Assembly (NCBI GenBank): GCA_963804645.1
Contig: CAWDRG010000009.1
Coordinates: 800,001 to 864,000 of the forward strand
Origin: an uncultured Bacillota bacterium
Lineage (GTDB): Bacteria > Sysuimicrobiota > Sysuimicrobiia > Sysuimicrobiales > Segetimicrobiaceae
DNA: 64,000 bases
Direction of reading: 5' to 3'
Within the stretch, counting starts at the first letter, position 1; each line of letters begins with the position of its first letter. Positions 30,146 to 45,307 of this stretch are shown piece after piece. A program made the position numbers and the translations under genes. The notes under the pieces were generated by a model. It was not told the origin of the DNA. It did not search any database and saw only the letters and a program-made list of their open reading frames with translations.

Positions 30146-31796
30146 CTACGCCTTGCTGATCGTCGAGTAGTCGACGTACCAGCCGGTGTTATAGGTCACG
30201 CCCTTGAGGTTGGACCGGTACGCGATCGGCACCGCTGGCTGGTAGAGTGGAATGTAGGGCCCGTCGGTCGCGAGCCGCCGGTCGATCTCCTGGTACAGAG
30301 CGTCCGCCTTGGCCGGATCCGTTTCGCTCTCCGCCTGCTGCCCCAGTTTGGTGATGTCCTGCGCCTCCGGACTCGAGTCCGGTGCCCATAGAAGGCGCTG
30401 GCCGACGGTTCGCCCGGGAAGGAAGACGAGATAGTCGCTCTGGTCCATGTAATCAGCGAGCCAGCCGCCGAGCCCCATCGGCAGTTTGCCCTGCCGTATT
30501 GCCGTGATCTCGATCGCATACGGCTCGTCGATGAGATTCAGCGTGATGCCGATGGCGGCCAAATCCTGCTGAAGCTTCTGCGCCAGGATTGCCAGGTCGA
30601 GGCCGAACCCTGCGTAGGTGCTCGAGTAGAAGAACTGCCCCTCGAGGTTCGTGAGATTCGCCTGCTGCAGAATGGCTCGGGCGCGCGCTTTGTCCGTCTT
30701 GGGGGCCTCGCTCATCGGCCGCGCGCCGGGGAAACTCGGCGGGATGATGCCGGCCGAGCGGCGGGAGCCCGGCGCCGTCAGCGCCATCACACCCTGGTAG
30801 TCGATCGCGTAGCGAATCGCCTCGCGCACCTTCGGGTTTGCGAACGGTCCGCTGACCTGCGGATTGGTATTGAAGATATGTCCACCACGTTGAGCTGGGG
30901 GAACGAATTCACGGCGACACCGTCGACATGGCGCAGCTGGCGCGCCTGGTCGGCCTGAATGTTGACGGCAATGTCCATGTTGCCCTTTTGCACCAGAAGA
31001 GCCTGCGTGCTCGACTCGTCGACGTTCCTGAATGACGACCCGGTCGAGCGGCGACGGTGCCCGCCAATAATTTGGGTTCTTCGTCAGCACGATTTGCTGG
31101 TCGGGACGTACGAGTCGAGCGTGAACGCGCCCGTCCCTGCGGAGTGCGGAGTTGAGGTACATTTCCGCATTGTCCGTTTCGCCGGCATTCGGCCCGGCGT
31201 CGCCGCCGTGCGCGATAACGACCTTGGAGTCGAGGGGGGCTCAGCGACGGCGTGGTGAGGATCGGGAGCAGTGCTGGCTTGGGTGGCTCAGCTTGATGAC
31301 GAACGTCGTCGGATTCGGCGCGTCTACGCTCGACACGCCGTCAAGGAGCCAGGCGCCGTTCCCCTTGATGTTGATCAGCCGCTCAAATGACCATTTGAAG
31401 TCGGCCGCGGTCAACGGGTTGCCGCTCGACAAATTTGACGTTCGGCCGCAGCTAAAGGTGTACGTGAGCCCGTCCGGCGAGATCGTCCACTGGCTGGCGA
31501 GCGACGGCCGGATCGTTTTCAGATCCGCGCCTGCGAACGTGACCAGCGTGTCGTAGCAGTCACATGGTCGATGTTGTTCGTCGCGTTTTCGAGCGTGCGG
31601 CCCGGATCCAGCGTGTGGATGTTGAGCAGCGTCGCGACGCGTGAGTACCTTGCCGCCGGCGGACTGCCGCGGCCGCCGAGCGACTGTCCGCGACAGATAG
31701 CGCGCCGCCGCCGAGCATCGCCAGCGATGCGGCCACGCCGGTCCGGAGCACCTGCCGCCGGGTCATCCGGAGTCCTGGGCGTTCGTTCAAGAGCAT
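30146..31796 (-). CDS. ABC transporter substrate-binding protein, family 5 (several frameshifts)
   Basis: Fragments 'MTRRQVL', 'TLDPGRTLEN', 'SGNPLTAADFKWS', 'NPKVREAIRYAIDY' are collinear with the paralog at 28196-29839. Confidence 0.85.
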
Positions 31797-31841
31797 CGTC
31801 CACCCCCTGCGTGGCGTGTCGTCGAGTACCCGTGCGGATGT

Positions 31842-32666
31842 CTAGGGCATTGACATGGGACGCATGACAAGCGACCATCCACCATCGATCAGAATGTCCT
31901 GGCCGGTGAGGTACGCGGACGCGTCGGATGCCAGAAACACGCACAACCCCACCATGTCCTCCGGCTGCGACACCCGGCCGAGTCGGGATCAGATCGATCG
32001 TCATCTTGGATCGGGCCGACGTCCGGTCGGCCGGGCGCTCCGGCGACGCGATCGAACCCGGCGAAATCGCGTTGGCCGTGATCCCATCGGCCGCCCATTC
32101 GACCGCGAGCCCGCGCGTGAGCGCCATGACGGCGCCCTTCGACGCGCTGTACGAGGTCCGCCGGACCACCCCTTTCCGCGCCGAGATCGAGGCGATGTTG
32201 ATGATCCGGCCCTTGTGCTGACGGCGCATAAATGGGTAGACTGCCTGGCAGGCGTGCAAGACGCCGCGGACGTTCACGCCCATGATCCAATCGAAGTCCG
32301 CCGCGGTGTGCTCCGCCGCCGTCTTGTCGACCCTCACCGCGCCGTTATTGACCAGGACATCGATCTGCCCCCATCGATCGGCGGCGAAGGCTGCCATCCG
32401 CTCGCAGGCCGCGGGGTCGCTCACGTCGGCCGCGCACGCTCCGCGCTCCATCCCTCTTTGCGCAGCGCGGCCGCCGCCGCCTTGCCACTGTCCGCATCGC
32501 GGTTGGCGATGAGCACGTGGGCTCCCGCGCCCGCGAGCCCGCGGCTCAGTCCCAATCCAAGGTTGCGGTTGCCGCCGGTCACAATCGCCACTCGACCGGC
32601 AAGCGAAAAGAGATGCAGGGTCGGCAGATGCGGCGCTGGCGATCCGGAGCGATCGGCGGCGATCAT
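31842..32666 (-). CDS. SDR family oxidoreductase (frameshifted)
   Basis: '[10 protein letters not shown]', 'DVLVNNG', 'YSASKG', '[11 protein letters not shown]' in successive frames. Confidence 0.85.
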
Positions 32667-32810
32667 AGGTCGGTCTGGTCCTCCCTCCGAGATGCGGTGC
32701 CAGCCATGACAGATGCCGTTCCCTATTTGGTGCGCAGGATTGGCTTTCCTCCCGATACCGACAGCCAAACGAAGATGTTTCGAAAGACCATTTATTTGGT
32801 CGGCAGATTC

Positions 32811-32834
32811 GGAAGGGAATTTCATTTCTGGGAG
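32811..32834. promoter_or_regulatory. putative IclR-type operator in the divergent SDR/iclR promoter
   Basis: Reverse strand CTCC-N7-GAAA-N5-TTCC; a related site CGAAAGACCATTT lies at 32781. Confidence 0.4.
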
Positions 32835-32882
32835 GGAACCGCGTGGCTGTCGCACCGCATCGCCGCCAGGTGGGAGGCGCCA

Positions 32883-33655
32883 ATGCCGGAATCCGACTCC
32901 GTCAAGACCGTCAAACGGTCCCTCGACATTCTGAACCTGCTTGCTGAGGACGGACGGCAATTGGGTGTCATCGAACTGAGCAAGTGCCTCAAAACGAGCC
33001 AAAGCACGGTGTACCGGATCCTCTCAACGCTCGCAGACGAGGGCTACGTCACGCAGGATCCGCGAACGGAAAAGTACCGCCTCGGGCTGCAGGGCATCAT
33101 CCTCGCCGGGGCCGCCCTCAACCAGCTCGAGATCCGCAAGCAGGCGATCTCGATCCTCGAGCGCCGTGGTTTCGGCCACCAGCTACAACGCCAATCTCGG
33201 CATCCTGCACCGGCAGCACATGATGTACATCGCCAGGATCGACGGCCCGAAGAGCGCGCGGATGTACACGCCCATCGGGCGGCGCGCGCCCGCGCACGCG
33301 ACCGCACTCGGCAAGGCGATCCTGGCGTTTTTGCCGGCCGACGCAGCGGCGCCGATCGTGGACGGAGCGGCAGCCTGATCGCCTGCACGCCGCACACGAT
33401 CATCGACCCGGCGGTCCTCGCCGAAGAACTGCGCCGGATCAGGGAGCGCGGCTACGCGGTCGACCGGGAAGAGCTCCTCGCCGGCATCTGCTGCGTCGCC
33501 GTGCCGGTACGCGGGCCGTCCGGGAGGCGTCGAGGCGGCGCTCAGCCTGTCGGCGTCCGTCTTTCAACTGCGCGAGGAGGACACGGAACAACTACGCCCG
33601 CGTGCTCCAGGACGCGGCCTACGAACTGTCCGGGCGCCTCGGGTACCCGGTTTGA
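32883..33655 (+). CDS. IclR family transcriptional regulator (frameshifted)
   Basis: 'SVKTVKRSLDIL...STVYRILSTLADEGYV', 'HATALGKAILA', 'IRERGYAVDREE...CVAVP'. Confidence 0.88.
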
Positions 33656-34644
33656 GTGTCGGCGTCCAAGCCGCGCGGTGCGCGTGATCACGACGGGCGG
33701 GACGATCGCGGGAAAACGGCTGCCGTCCGGGACCGTGGCCCCCGGCCTCGGCCCGCCGAACTGCTGGCCCGCATTCCGATGGTAGGCGAGTATGCCGAGT
33801 GCGAGGTGGACATTGGCTGGAGGTGCCGAGCAGCGCCATCGGGTTCCCGCAGATGCTCGACCTGGCCGCGGCGGGTGACGGGCGCGCTCGCGGACCCGGG
33901 GCTCGCGGGCGTCGTGATCACCCACGGGACTGGCACGCTGGAGCAAACGGCCTATTTCCTCGACGTCACGTTGGGGCACGAACGGCCCGTCGTGGTGACC
34001 GGCGCGCTGCGGAATCCAACGCTGCCGAGCGACGACGGCCCTGCCAACCTGTCTGCATGCGATTCAGGTCGCCGCGTGCGAGCGCTCACGCGGTCTTGGG
34101 GTCCTGGTGGTCATGAACGGCACGATTCATTGTGCGCAGGGATGTGACCAAAACCAGCCCGGCGAATCCCGCGGCCTTTCAGTCGCTCGAATTCGGCCCA
34201 CTCGGCGCAGTCGACGAGGACTATGTGTTTTTCGCGCGGCGGCCGTTCAGACGGCCGCGGGCCGTGCTGCCGGCGGCCATCAACGCGCGGGTCGAGCACC
34301 TTCCGTTCGCGGCCGACCCAAGCGACACGCTCCTCCGGGCCGCGATCGAGGGCGGCGCCCGCGGCCTGGTGATCGAATGCGGGCGGATGAACGCGTCGTA
34401 CGTCGAGCTGTTGAAGGACGCGATGGCCCGCGGGATCACCGTCGTCGTCGCGAACCCGTACCCTACGGGCCGCCTGCAGCGGAATACCTACCGCCACGAG
34501 GGCGGCGAGTCGCACCTCTTGTCGCTCGGGATGATCTTCGCCGGCACTTCGGGCCTCAAGGCCCGGGTCAAGCTCGTCGCGCTCCTAAGTGCGGGCCTCA
34601 GCTGTCGCGAAATCAGAGACCTGTTCCACGCGGAGTGGCAGTAG
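33656..34644 (+). CDS. asparaginase family protein (frameshifted)
   Basis: 'ITTGGTIA', 'VITHGTGTLEQTAYFL', 'PVVVTGALR...DGPANL', 'VTKT...AFQS...GPLG'. Confidence 0.85.
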
Positions 34645-34753
34645 GCCATCCGGCGTGTCCGGCGGCGTACGCCCTCGAGTCGCTCACCGGACCGATCCTC
34701 ATCGGAACGAACCGTGTGAGTTCAAAAGGGGGCAGGCGATCCATGGAGAAGTC

Positions 34754-34778
34754 TTGCGGGTGTCGAAAGACCGTTTCG
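34754..34778. promoter_or_regulatory. putative IclR-type operator
   Basis: TTGC-N7-GAAA-N5-TTTC containing the palindrome CGAAA-GACCG-TTTCG. Confidence 0.5.
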
Positions 34779-34861
34779 CTCCGCGTACTGTCGCTCCGTC
34801 TGAGTGACATCATCGTTCCATGATGCCGTCCCAGCGGCGGTCTTTGGGAGAAGGTACGCCG

Positions 34862-35860
<999 letters not shown>

Positions 35861-35890
35861 ACGCGCTCGCACCCCGAGGAGGGATTCGAC

Positions 35891-36622
35891 ATGGCCGATG
35901 ATCGTGTGTTGTGCATCAGCGCCCACGCGGCGGACTTCTGCGTCCGGGCGGGCGGGACGCTGGCCCGGTACGCCGCGGCCGGGTCGCACGTCCGGGTGGC
36001 CGTCATGAGCCCGGGCGCGCGCGGGGAGTCGAACGAGTTTTGGAAGGCGCGCGGCGGCAAGACGACCGAGGAGGAGGTGGCCGAGGTGCGGCGCACCGAG
36101 GCCCGGGCCGCGGCGGAGATCCTCGGCGTCGAGATCGTCTTCTACGACTACCGCGACCAGCCGCTGACCTTTGATTTCGATCGGCTGATGCGGCTCGTGC
36201 GCGAGATCCGGACCTTCCGGCCGCGGATCATCATCACGCACCCGGCGAAGGAACCGTACAACCCCGATCACACGACGACGTACCAAGCGACGATGGAGGC
36301 CGCATACTACACTGGTCTGGCCGGCGTCGAGCCCGATCTGCCGGTCATGACGCCGACGCAGATCTTCGCGTGCGAGCCCACCCAGCCGCTGACGGAGATG
36401 ACGGGCTTCGTGCCCGACTACTACATCGACATCACGGACACGATGGACGCGAAGATGCGCGCGACGGCCGAGTTTCGCGCGCAGCCCTACCACGTCGAGC
36501 GCTACCGCACGCGCTCGCAGCAGCGTGGCACCCAGGCCGCGTACGTCGCGGGAGATCCCGCCGTCAAGTTTGCCGAAGCGTTTCAGCGGCTCACGCCGTG
36601 GTGCGGTCGGCTCTTCCCGTAG
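35891..36622 (+). CDS. PIG-L/LmbE family protein, GalB (4-oxalomesaconate hydratase)-like
   Basis: 'SAHAADF..RAGG', 'GARGES', 'PYNPDH', 'EP.QP', 'IDIT', 'QRG.QA' match the GalB subgroup as I recall it. Confidence 0.82.
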   Translation: MADDRVLCISAHAADFCVRAGGTLARYAAAGSHVRVAVMSPGARGESNEFWKARGGKTTEEEVAEVRRTEARAAAEILGVEIVFYDYRDQPLTFDFDRLMRLVREIRTFRPRIIITHPAKEPYNPDHTTTYQATMEAAYYTGLAGVEPDLPVMTPTQIFACEPTQPLTEMTGFVPDYYIDITDTMDAKMRATAEFRAQPYHVERYRTRSQQRGTQAAYVAGDPAVKFAEAFQRLTPWCGRLFP

Positions 36623-36731
36623 CGGATTCGAGCCGCGGGGACCGCGTCGCCTGAGCGCGATGCCCGCGAATGGCCGCGGCCGTCCCCTGGGGGACGGCCG
36701 CGGTCGCTTCAGGGCGAGGAGCGCGGCGCCG

Positions 36732-37880
36732 CTACGCCGCGGCGCGGCCCTCCTTGAAGAACGCGATCACCGAGTCGGCCACGCGGGCCAGCATCTCGTC
36801 GGTCATGTGCGGGCCCACGGGCAGGGAAAGGTTCTCGCGGCACAGCCGCTCCGCGATCGGGAACTGGCCCTCGCGGGTGCCGTAGCGGGCCTTCATCGGC
36901 CCCAGCAGGTGCAGCGGCGTCGGGTAGTGGATGCTCGCCGCGACCTCGCGCCGGCCGAGGAACTCGGCCAGCGCGTCGCGCTGCGAGGTCCAGACCACGT
37001 AGTGCAGGTACGACGGGTTCGCCCAGGGACGCTCGGGCGGCAGCCGGAACGGCAGTCCCGCGTCTTGGAAGCGCGCGGTATAGTACGCGGCGCCCCGCCG
37101 CCGCTTCGCCGTGAAGTCGCCGAGCAACTGGAGCTGGAGGCGGCCGAGCGCGCACGACATCTCGGACAGGTGCATGTTGTAGCCGATCCACCGCTGATCG
37201 TACCAGCGCGCGTCGGTGCGGCGGATGAAGCTGATCTGCTCGTCCCGCAGCCGGCCCTGGTCGCGCAGGCTCGAGATGCCCTCGGCCAGCGCGCGGTCGT
37301 TGGTGACGACGGCGCCGCCCGTGCTGAACACGGTGATCATCTTGCCGGAGAAGCTGAAGAACCCCGCGTCGCCGAGACCGCCGGCCGGCCGGCCCCGGTA
37401 CTCCGCGCCGAGCGCGTGGGCCGCGTCCTCCAGCACGAACACGTCGCGCGCCCGCGCCGCGGCGACGATCGGGTCCATGTCGCACGGGAAGCCGTACATG
37501 TGGATCGGCACGACCGCGCGGGTCTTCGGGGTGATCGCCGCGGCGGCCGCCGCCGGCGCGATGTTGCCGGTGTCGGGGTCGGCCTCGACCAGTACCGGCG
37601 TGGCGCCGAGCTTCACGACGGCCGCGAGGACGCCGATGTAGGCGTTCGCGGCCATGATCACCTCGTCGCCCGGGCCGATGCCGCGCGCGTCCAGCGTGAG
37701 CATCGTCACCGACGTGCCGGAGTTCGCGGTCACGCCGTAGCGGCAGCCACAGCGCTGCGCGAGCTCGACCTCGAAGCGCTCGGTCTCCTGGCCGCCGAAC
37801 GTCTTGCCGCTTTCCAGCACCTCGAGCGCCTTGCGGCGCATCTCATCGGTCACGATCGGCGCGCGGTACGGAATCTTCAT
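36732..37880 (-). CDS. DegT/DnrJ/EryC1/StrS family aminotransferase (copy 2)
   Basis: 'NSGTS', 'GPGDEVI', 'EDAAHA', 'FSFSGK', 'GYN', 'HYPTPLH'. Confidence 0.92.
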   Translation of the reverse strand: MKIPYRAPIVTDEMRRKALEVLESGKTFGGQETERFEVELAQRCGCRYGVTANSGTSVTMLTLDARGIGPGDEVIMAANAYIGVLAAVVKLGATPVLVEADPDTGNIAPAAAAAAITPKTRAVVPIHMYGFPCDMDPIVAAARARDVFVLEDAAHALGAEYRGRPAGGLGDAGFFSFSGKMITVFSTGGAVVTNDRALAEGISSLRDQGRLRDEQISFIRRTDARWYDQRWIGYNMHLSEMSCALGRLQLQLLGDFTAKRRRGAAYYTARFQDAGLPFRLPPERPWANPSYLHYVVWTSQRDALAEFLGRREVAASIHYPTPLHLLGPMKARYGTREGQFPIAERLCRENLSLPVGPHMTDEMLARVADSVIAFFKEGRAAA

Positions 37881-37900
37881 GCGCCCCTCCCTTCTCTGGA

Positions 37901-39047
37901 TCAGCCGCGGCCGGCGAAGAACTCCGCGATCGCGGCCGTCACGTACTCGACCTCGGCCTCCCCCACCGCGGGGTGGCACGGCAGCGACAGGATCTGCCGG
38001 CACGCCGCCTCGCTGCGGGGAAACTGCCCTTCGCGGTAGGGCAGCCTCTCGGCGAGCCCCGCCTGGAGGTGGACCGGCACGGGATAGTGGACCGCCGTCG
38101 TGACGCCGCAGCCCTGCAGGTGTTCCGAGAGCGCGTCGCGCTCCTTGAGCCGGACGACGTAGTGCAGCCACGTGTGAGCGGCGTACGGCCGCTCCACCGG
38201 CAGGCCGAGCGGCAGGCCGAGGTCGCGGAACCGGCGGGTGTAGTCGGCGGCGGAACGCCGCCGCTCCGCGTTCCAGGCCGGCAGCTGGTCGAGCTGGCAG
38301 GACGCGACCGCGGCCACCATCTCGGTCAGACGGAAGTTGTAGCCCAGCGCGTGAATCTCGTAGCCCCCCCGGCGGCCGTGGTACCGCCGGTCGACGAGGT
38401 CCTGCGCGAGGCCGGGATCATTCGGTGGTCGCGGCGCCGCCCACCCCGGTGGCGGAAATACCCTTGTTGCTGAACGCGAAGACGCCGACGTCGCCGAGGC
38501 CGCCGGTCGGCCGATCCTTGTAGCGGCCGCCCAGCGTGTGCGCCGCGTCCTCGAGAATCCGCACGCCGCGGCGCTTGGCGAGCGCGCACAGCGGGTCCAT
38601 GTCGACCGCGTGGCCGTAGCAGTGCTGGACGGCGATTGCGCGGGTGCGCGGCGTCAGCGCCGCCTCCACCTGATCCACGTCGATGTTGTCGGTCTCGGGC
38701 TCGACGTCGACCAGAACCGGCATGGCACCCAGTTGCAGCGCCGCCTCCGGGACGCCGCCGTAGATGTTGGCCGGCATGACGACCTCGTCACCGGCACGCA
38801 CGCCACACGCGTGCAGCCCGATCAGGATCGCGCTGCTGCCCGACGTGCAGGCCACGGCGCGGGCCGTGCCGCTCAGCGCCGCCAGTTTCGCCTCGAGCGC
38901 ATCGGTGTAGGGGCCGAAGTAGTGGATGCGCCGCCGCATCACGTCGTGGACGGCGCGCAGCATCTCGTCGGTCACGGGATAGGGGAACTTGTACGGGATC
39001 TCCATCCTGGCGCGCACGTCCTTGGCGCGCACGTCGGTCGACATCAT
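37901..39047 (-). CDS. DegT/DnrJ/EryC1/StrS family aminotransferase (copy 3, frameshifted near 38350-38420)
   Basis: 'SGSSA', 'GDEVV', 'EDAAHT', 'FAFSNK', then 'GYNFR', 'HYPVPVH', 'LSLP'. Confidence 0.88.
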
Positions 39048-39057
39048 CGCACCCCGC

Positions 39058-39282
39058 TCAGCCTCCGGCATGCGGCGCCGCGTCGTCCGCCGGCGCCGGT
39101 GGTACGAAGCCGTGTGGAACCGCGGGATCGCCGGGGACGGCCTCCCGCGCGCGCTCGAGCCCGTCCCGGTGCGCCGCGACGTTCTGCACGATCGCGGCGA
39201 GGTCGTCGTCGTCCACGGCGATCCCCCGGCGGGCAAGCTCGGCGCGGATCTCGTCTGTCCGGTCCTGCCCGCCGCGCGTCAT
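39058..39282 (-). CDS. small (74 aa) GatC/AtzG-like amidase partner, putative
   Basis: 'MTRGGQDRTDEIRAELARRGIAVDDDDLAAIVQNVAAHRDGLERAR...P...F.P'; ATGA overlap with the amidase stop. Confidence 0.65.
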   Translation of the reverse strand: MTRGGQDRTDEIRAELARRGIAVDDDDLAAIVQNVAAHRDGLERAREAVPGDPAVPHGFVPPAPADDAAPHAGG

Positions 39283-40639
39283 GCCGCGGCCTCCGCGAGC
39301 GCCGGGCGGCGCGTGTGCCAGGGCGTCGCCTGCTCGTACGCATGCGCGATGCGGAACAGCGACGCTTCGTCGAAATACCGGCCCGCCAGCTGCATGCCGA
39401 CCGGCAGCCCCGCGGAGGTGAAGCCGCAAGGTACCGTGAGCGCCGGATGCCCCGACATGTTGAACTGCCGCGTGCCCCAGCTCGTGTCCGGGGGCTCGTC
39501 CAGCTGCATCTCGACCGAAAACGCGGGCTGCGGCAGCGTCGGCGTCACGATCGCGTCCACCCGCCCGAGCACCGCGTTGACCTGATCGGTCCAGGCGACG
39601 CGGACGCGCGCCGCGTCCTCGTACTCGCCGCTCGTGTAGCACGCACCCGACGCGATCCGCCGGCGGGTGCGCGTGCCGTAGTCGCGCGCGCGCTCGCGCA
39701 GGCCCGCCGCGTGCAGGCCGTAGGCCTCCGCCATGATGAGAACCCCGCCCGGCGCGGTGACGTGCGCGGCGAGCCGGAGATCGACCGGCTCGAGCCGTGC
39801 GCCGAGGGACTCCAGCTGGCGCAGCGCCGCGCGCAGCGCCGCGTCGACCTCGGGATCCAGCCCCTCGTAGTAGTGCTGCCGGGGGACGCCGAGGACCATG
39901 CCCCGGATCCCCGCCTGCAGCCCCTCGGCGAAGTCGGGGACGGGCGCCCTGGCGCTGGTCGGATCGGCCGGGTCGTGCCCTGCCATGGCGGTGAGGAGCA
40001 GCGCGCAGTCGGCCGCGCTGCGTGCCATCGGGCCAACGTGGTCCATGCTCCAACTGAGCGGCAGGAGGCCGTTGCGGCTCACGCGCCCGTAGGTCGGCTT
40101 GAGACCGACGATCCCGCAAAAACTCGCCGGGACCCGGATGGAGCCGCCCGTGTCCGAACCGGTCGCCGCGACCGCCAGGCCCGCCGCGAGCGCGTTGGCC
40201 GAGCCGCCGCTCGACCCGCCGGCGTAGCGGCCGAGATCCCACGGGTTGCGGTGCACGCCGAACAGGTCCATCGTGCCGCAAGCGAACTCGGTGGTGTTCG
40301 TCTTGCCGAGCAGGATCATGCCGGCGTCGCGGAGCCGCCGCACGTGGGTCGCGTCGCGGTCCGGTACGTACTCGAGCAGGCAGCGCGAATGCGCGGTGGT
40401 CCGCACGCCCCGCGTCAGGCTCACGTCCTTGTGCGCGACCGGCAGGCCGTGCAGCCGGCCGCGGCGGCGGCCGGTCCGCGCGATCTCCTGCTCCGCCGCG
40501 CGCGCCTCCGCGAGAGCCCCCTCACCGCAGACCGTGATGTAGCTCGCCAGCCGGCCGTTGTACCGGTCGATCCGCCCGAGGAACGCCCGGACGATGTCGA
40601 CGGGCGAGACCTGGCGCTCGTCCAGCAGGCGCCCGAGCT

Positions 40640-42956
<2,317 letters not shown>

Positions 42957-43031
42957 CGCTATCCCTCCTGAGGTTCGGCAAGGAAATCCTTCGCGGTGAG
43001 AGAAACAACCCCTCCAAATACCGCTACATTG

Positions 43032-43056
43032 TTTCAAAAAGCGAAACGGTATTTCG
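43032..43056. promoter_or_regulatory. putative IclR-type operator in a divergent promoter
   Basis: TTTC-N7-GAAA-N5-TTTC containing the palindrome CGAAA-CGGTA-TTTCG in an AT-rich intergenic region. Confidence 0.55.
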
Positions 43057-43111
43057 ATTCTTCACACAAACACCGAGGAGGAGTTGTATGCTCGAGGGAC
43101 ACTGATCCGCG

Positions 43112-43280
43112 CCCGAGATCTCGGAATGGGGCTCCATGATCGCATCGGCCCGGAACAACCTCGCCCAGTGACGGATCGCAGACCTTCCTCGGGCTCGCGA
43201 TCTCGATCCTGGTGCTCGCATTCAACGTGCTGGGCGACGGGCTCCGGGATCTGCTCGATCCGCGGGTTCGGTCGCGGTAG
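43112..43280 (+). pseudogene. relic 3' end of a DppC-like ABC permease
   Basis: 'PEISEWGSMIASARNNLAQ*.../GLAISILVLAFNVLGDGLRDLLDPRVRSR*'. Confidence 0.8.
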
Positions 43281-43321
43281 CGGAGCGTGTGAAGGAGGAC
43301 GTACTTGGCGAGAGACGACGT

Positions 43322-45307
43322 ATGATCGGGCTCCGGCTCGGCATTGAAACCGGCGGCACCTTCACCGACTGGGTGCTGTCCAGGGGCGACCATATCGAGG
43401 CGACCGGCAAAGTCATGTCCACGCCGGCGGAGCCGGAGCGCGCGGTGCTGGCGGCGGTGGCCGAATGCGGCGTGCCGCCGTCCGAGATCGCCGCGCTGAT
43501 CCACGGCTCGACCGTCGTGACGAACGCGGTGCTCGAGCACAAGGGCGCCCGCACGTGCCTCGTCACCACGAAGGGCTTCCGCGACGTGCTGCTGATCCAG
43601 CGGCAGGCCAAGACGCGCCTGTTCGACCTGTTCTACCGGCAGCCGGAGCCGCTCGTCTCCCGCGACCACATCATCGAGGCCGACGAGCGCATGGGGCCCG
43701 ACGGCGCCGTCCGGCGGCCGCTGCGGGACTTTGCCTTCGTCGAGCATGTCGCGCGGCTGGTCCGCGAGGAGCGCATCCAGTCGGTCGCGATCTGCTTTCT
43801 CCACTCGTACGCCAACGCCGTGCACGAGATCGCCGCCGAAGAGGCGCTCGCCGCGGCGCTGCCCGGGGTGGCCGTCACCCGGTCCTCCGACGTCCTGCCG
43901 CAGTTTCGCGAGTACGAGCGCACCAGCACATCCGTCATCAGCGCCTACGCGAAGCCCGTCGTGGACCGCTACCTGTCCCGCCTCGAGGACCGGCTGCGCG
44001 CAGCGAGACTTCCGCGGGCCCGTCACCATCGTGCAGGCCAACGGCGGCACCATTCCGGCCCACGCGATCCGGCGCCACGCGGCGAAAATGATTCTGTCGG
44101 GGCCCGCGGCCGGCGTCGTCGGCGCCACCACGGCCGCGCTCGAGGCCGGTTTTCTCAACACGATCACCTTCGATATGGGGGGGACCAGCACCGATGTGTG
44201 CCTCGTGACGGACGGCCGGCCGGGCGTCACGCGCGAGTACAAGATCGCCGGGTTGCCGCTCAACGTCCCGATGATCGACATCACCACCGTGGGCGCCGGC
44301 GGCGGCAGCATCGCCGACGTGGACCGCGGCGGCATTCTCAAGGTCGGCCCGGAGAGCGCGGGCGCGGACCCGGGCCCGGCGGCGTACGGCAAGGGCGGCA
44401 GCGCGCCTCACCGTCACGGACGCGAACGTCCTGGTCGGGCGCATCCGCCCCGAGGCGTTCTTCGGCGGGCGGCTGCGGCTCGACGCGGCGGCCGCCGAGG
44501 CGGCGCTCGGCGCCCTGTCCGACCGCGTGGGGCTGCCGCGCCTCGAGACGCTCGAGGGCGTGCTGCGCCTCGTCAACGTCACGATGGCCCAGGCCGTCCG
44601 GCTTGTGTCCGTCGAGCGCGGACACGACCCGCGCGACTACACGATCGTGGCGTACGGCGGCTCCGGGCCGCTGCACGCGGTGGCGGTGGCGTCCGACCTC
44701 GGCATCTCGCGCGTGCTCGTGCCGGTCAACCCCGGCCTCGTCTCCGCGTACGGCCTGCTGCTGGCCGATACGCGCCAGGACTTCTCGATCACGCGCGTCA
44801 TGCTGGCGGCGCGCGTCGCCGACGAGGACGTCGCGGCGCTGTTCGCCGACCTCGAGGCCCAGGCGCACCGGGAGTTCCAGTCCTACGAGCGTCCGTGGGC
44901 GGAGGTGACGTGCCGCCGGGAAATGGACATGCGATACGTCGGCCAGGCCTACGAGATCGGCGTGCCGTGCGACGGGATGCCGGTCGCGGCGGCGGTCGAG
45001 GCGTTCCACGAAGCGCACCGGGTCCGCTACGGGCATGCGGTCCGCGAGCAGGACGTGGAAGTGGTCGGGTACCGGCTGATCGCCGCCGCGCCCTCGCCGC
45101 TGCGCGCGATCCGTCCCGCGCCGGGCCGGCGCGCCGGCCCGGCGCCCCGCGCCGAGGGCTACCATCCCCGAGAGCGAGATCGACGCCGGCAGCCGCCTCC
45201 CCGGGCCGTGCGTGATCGAAGAGCCGACGGCGACGACGTACGTGCCGGACGGCTGGTCGGCCCGCGCCGACCGGCTCGGCAACCTCATCCTGGAGGCCGG
45301 CGCATGA
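43322..45307 (+). CDS. hydantoinase/oxoprolinase subunit A (frameshifted)
   Basis: 'ETGGTFTD', 'HGSTVVTN', 'LSGPAAG', 'DMGGTSTD', 'GPESAGADPGP', 'YGGSGPLH' in successive frames; ATGA overlap with subunit B. Confidence 0.88.
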
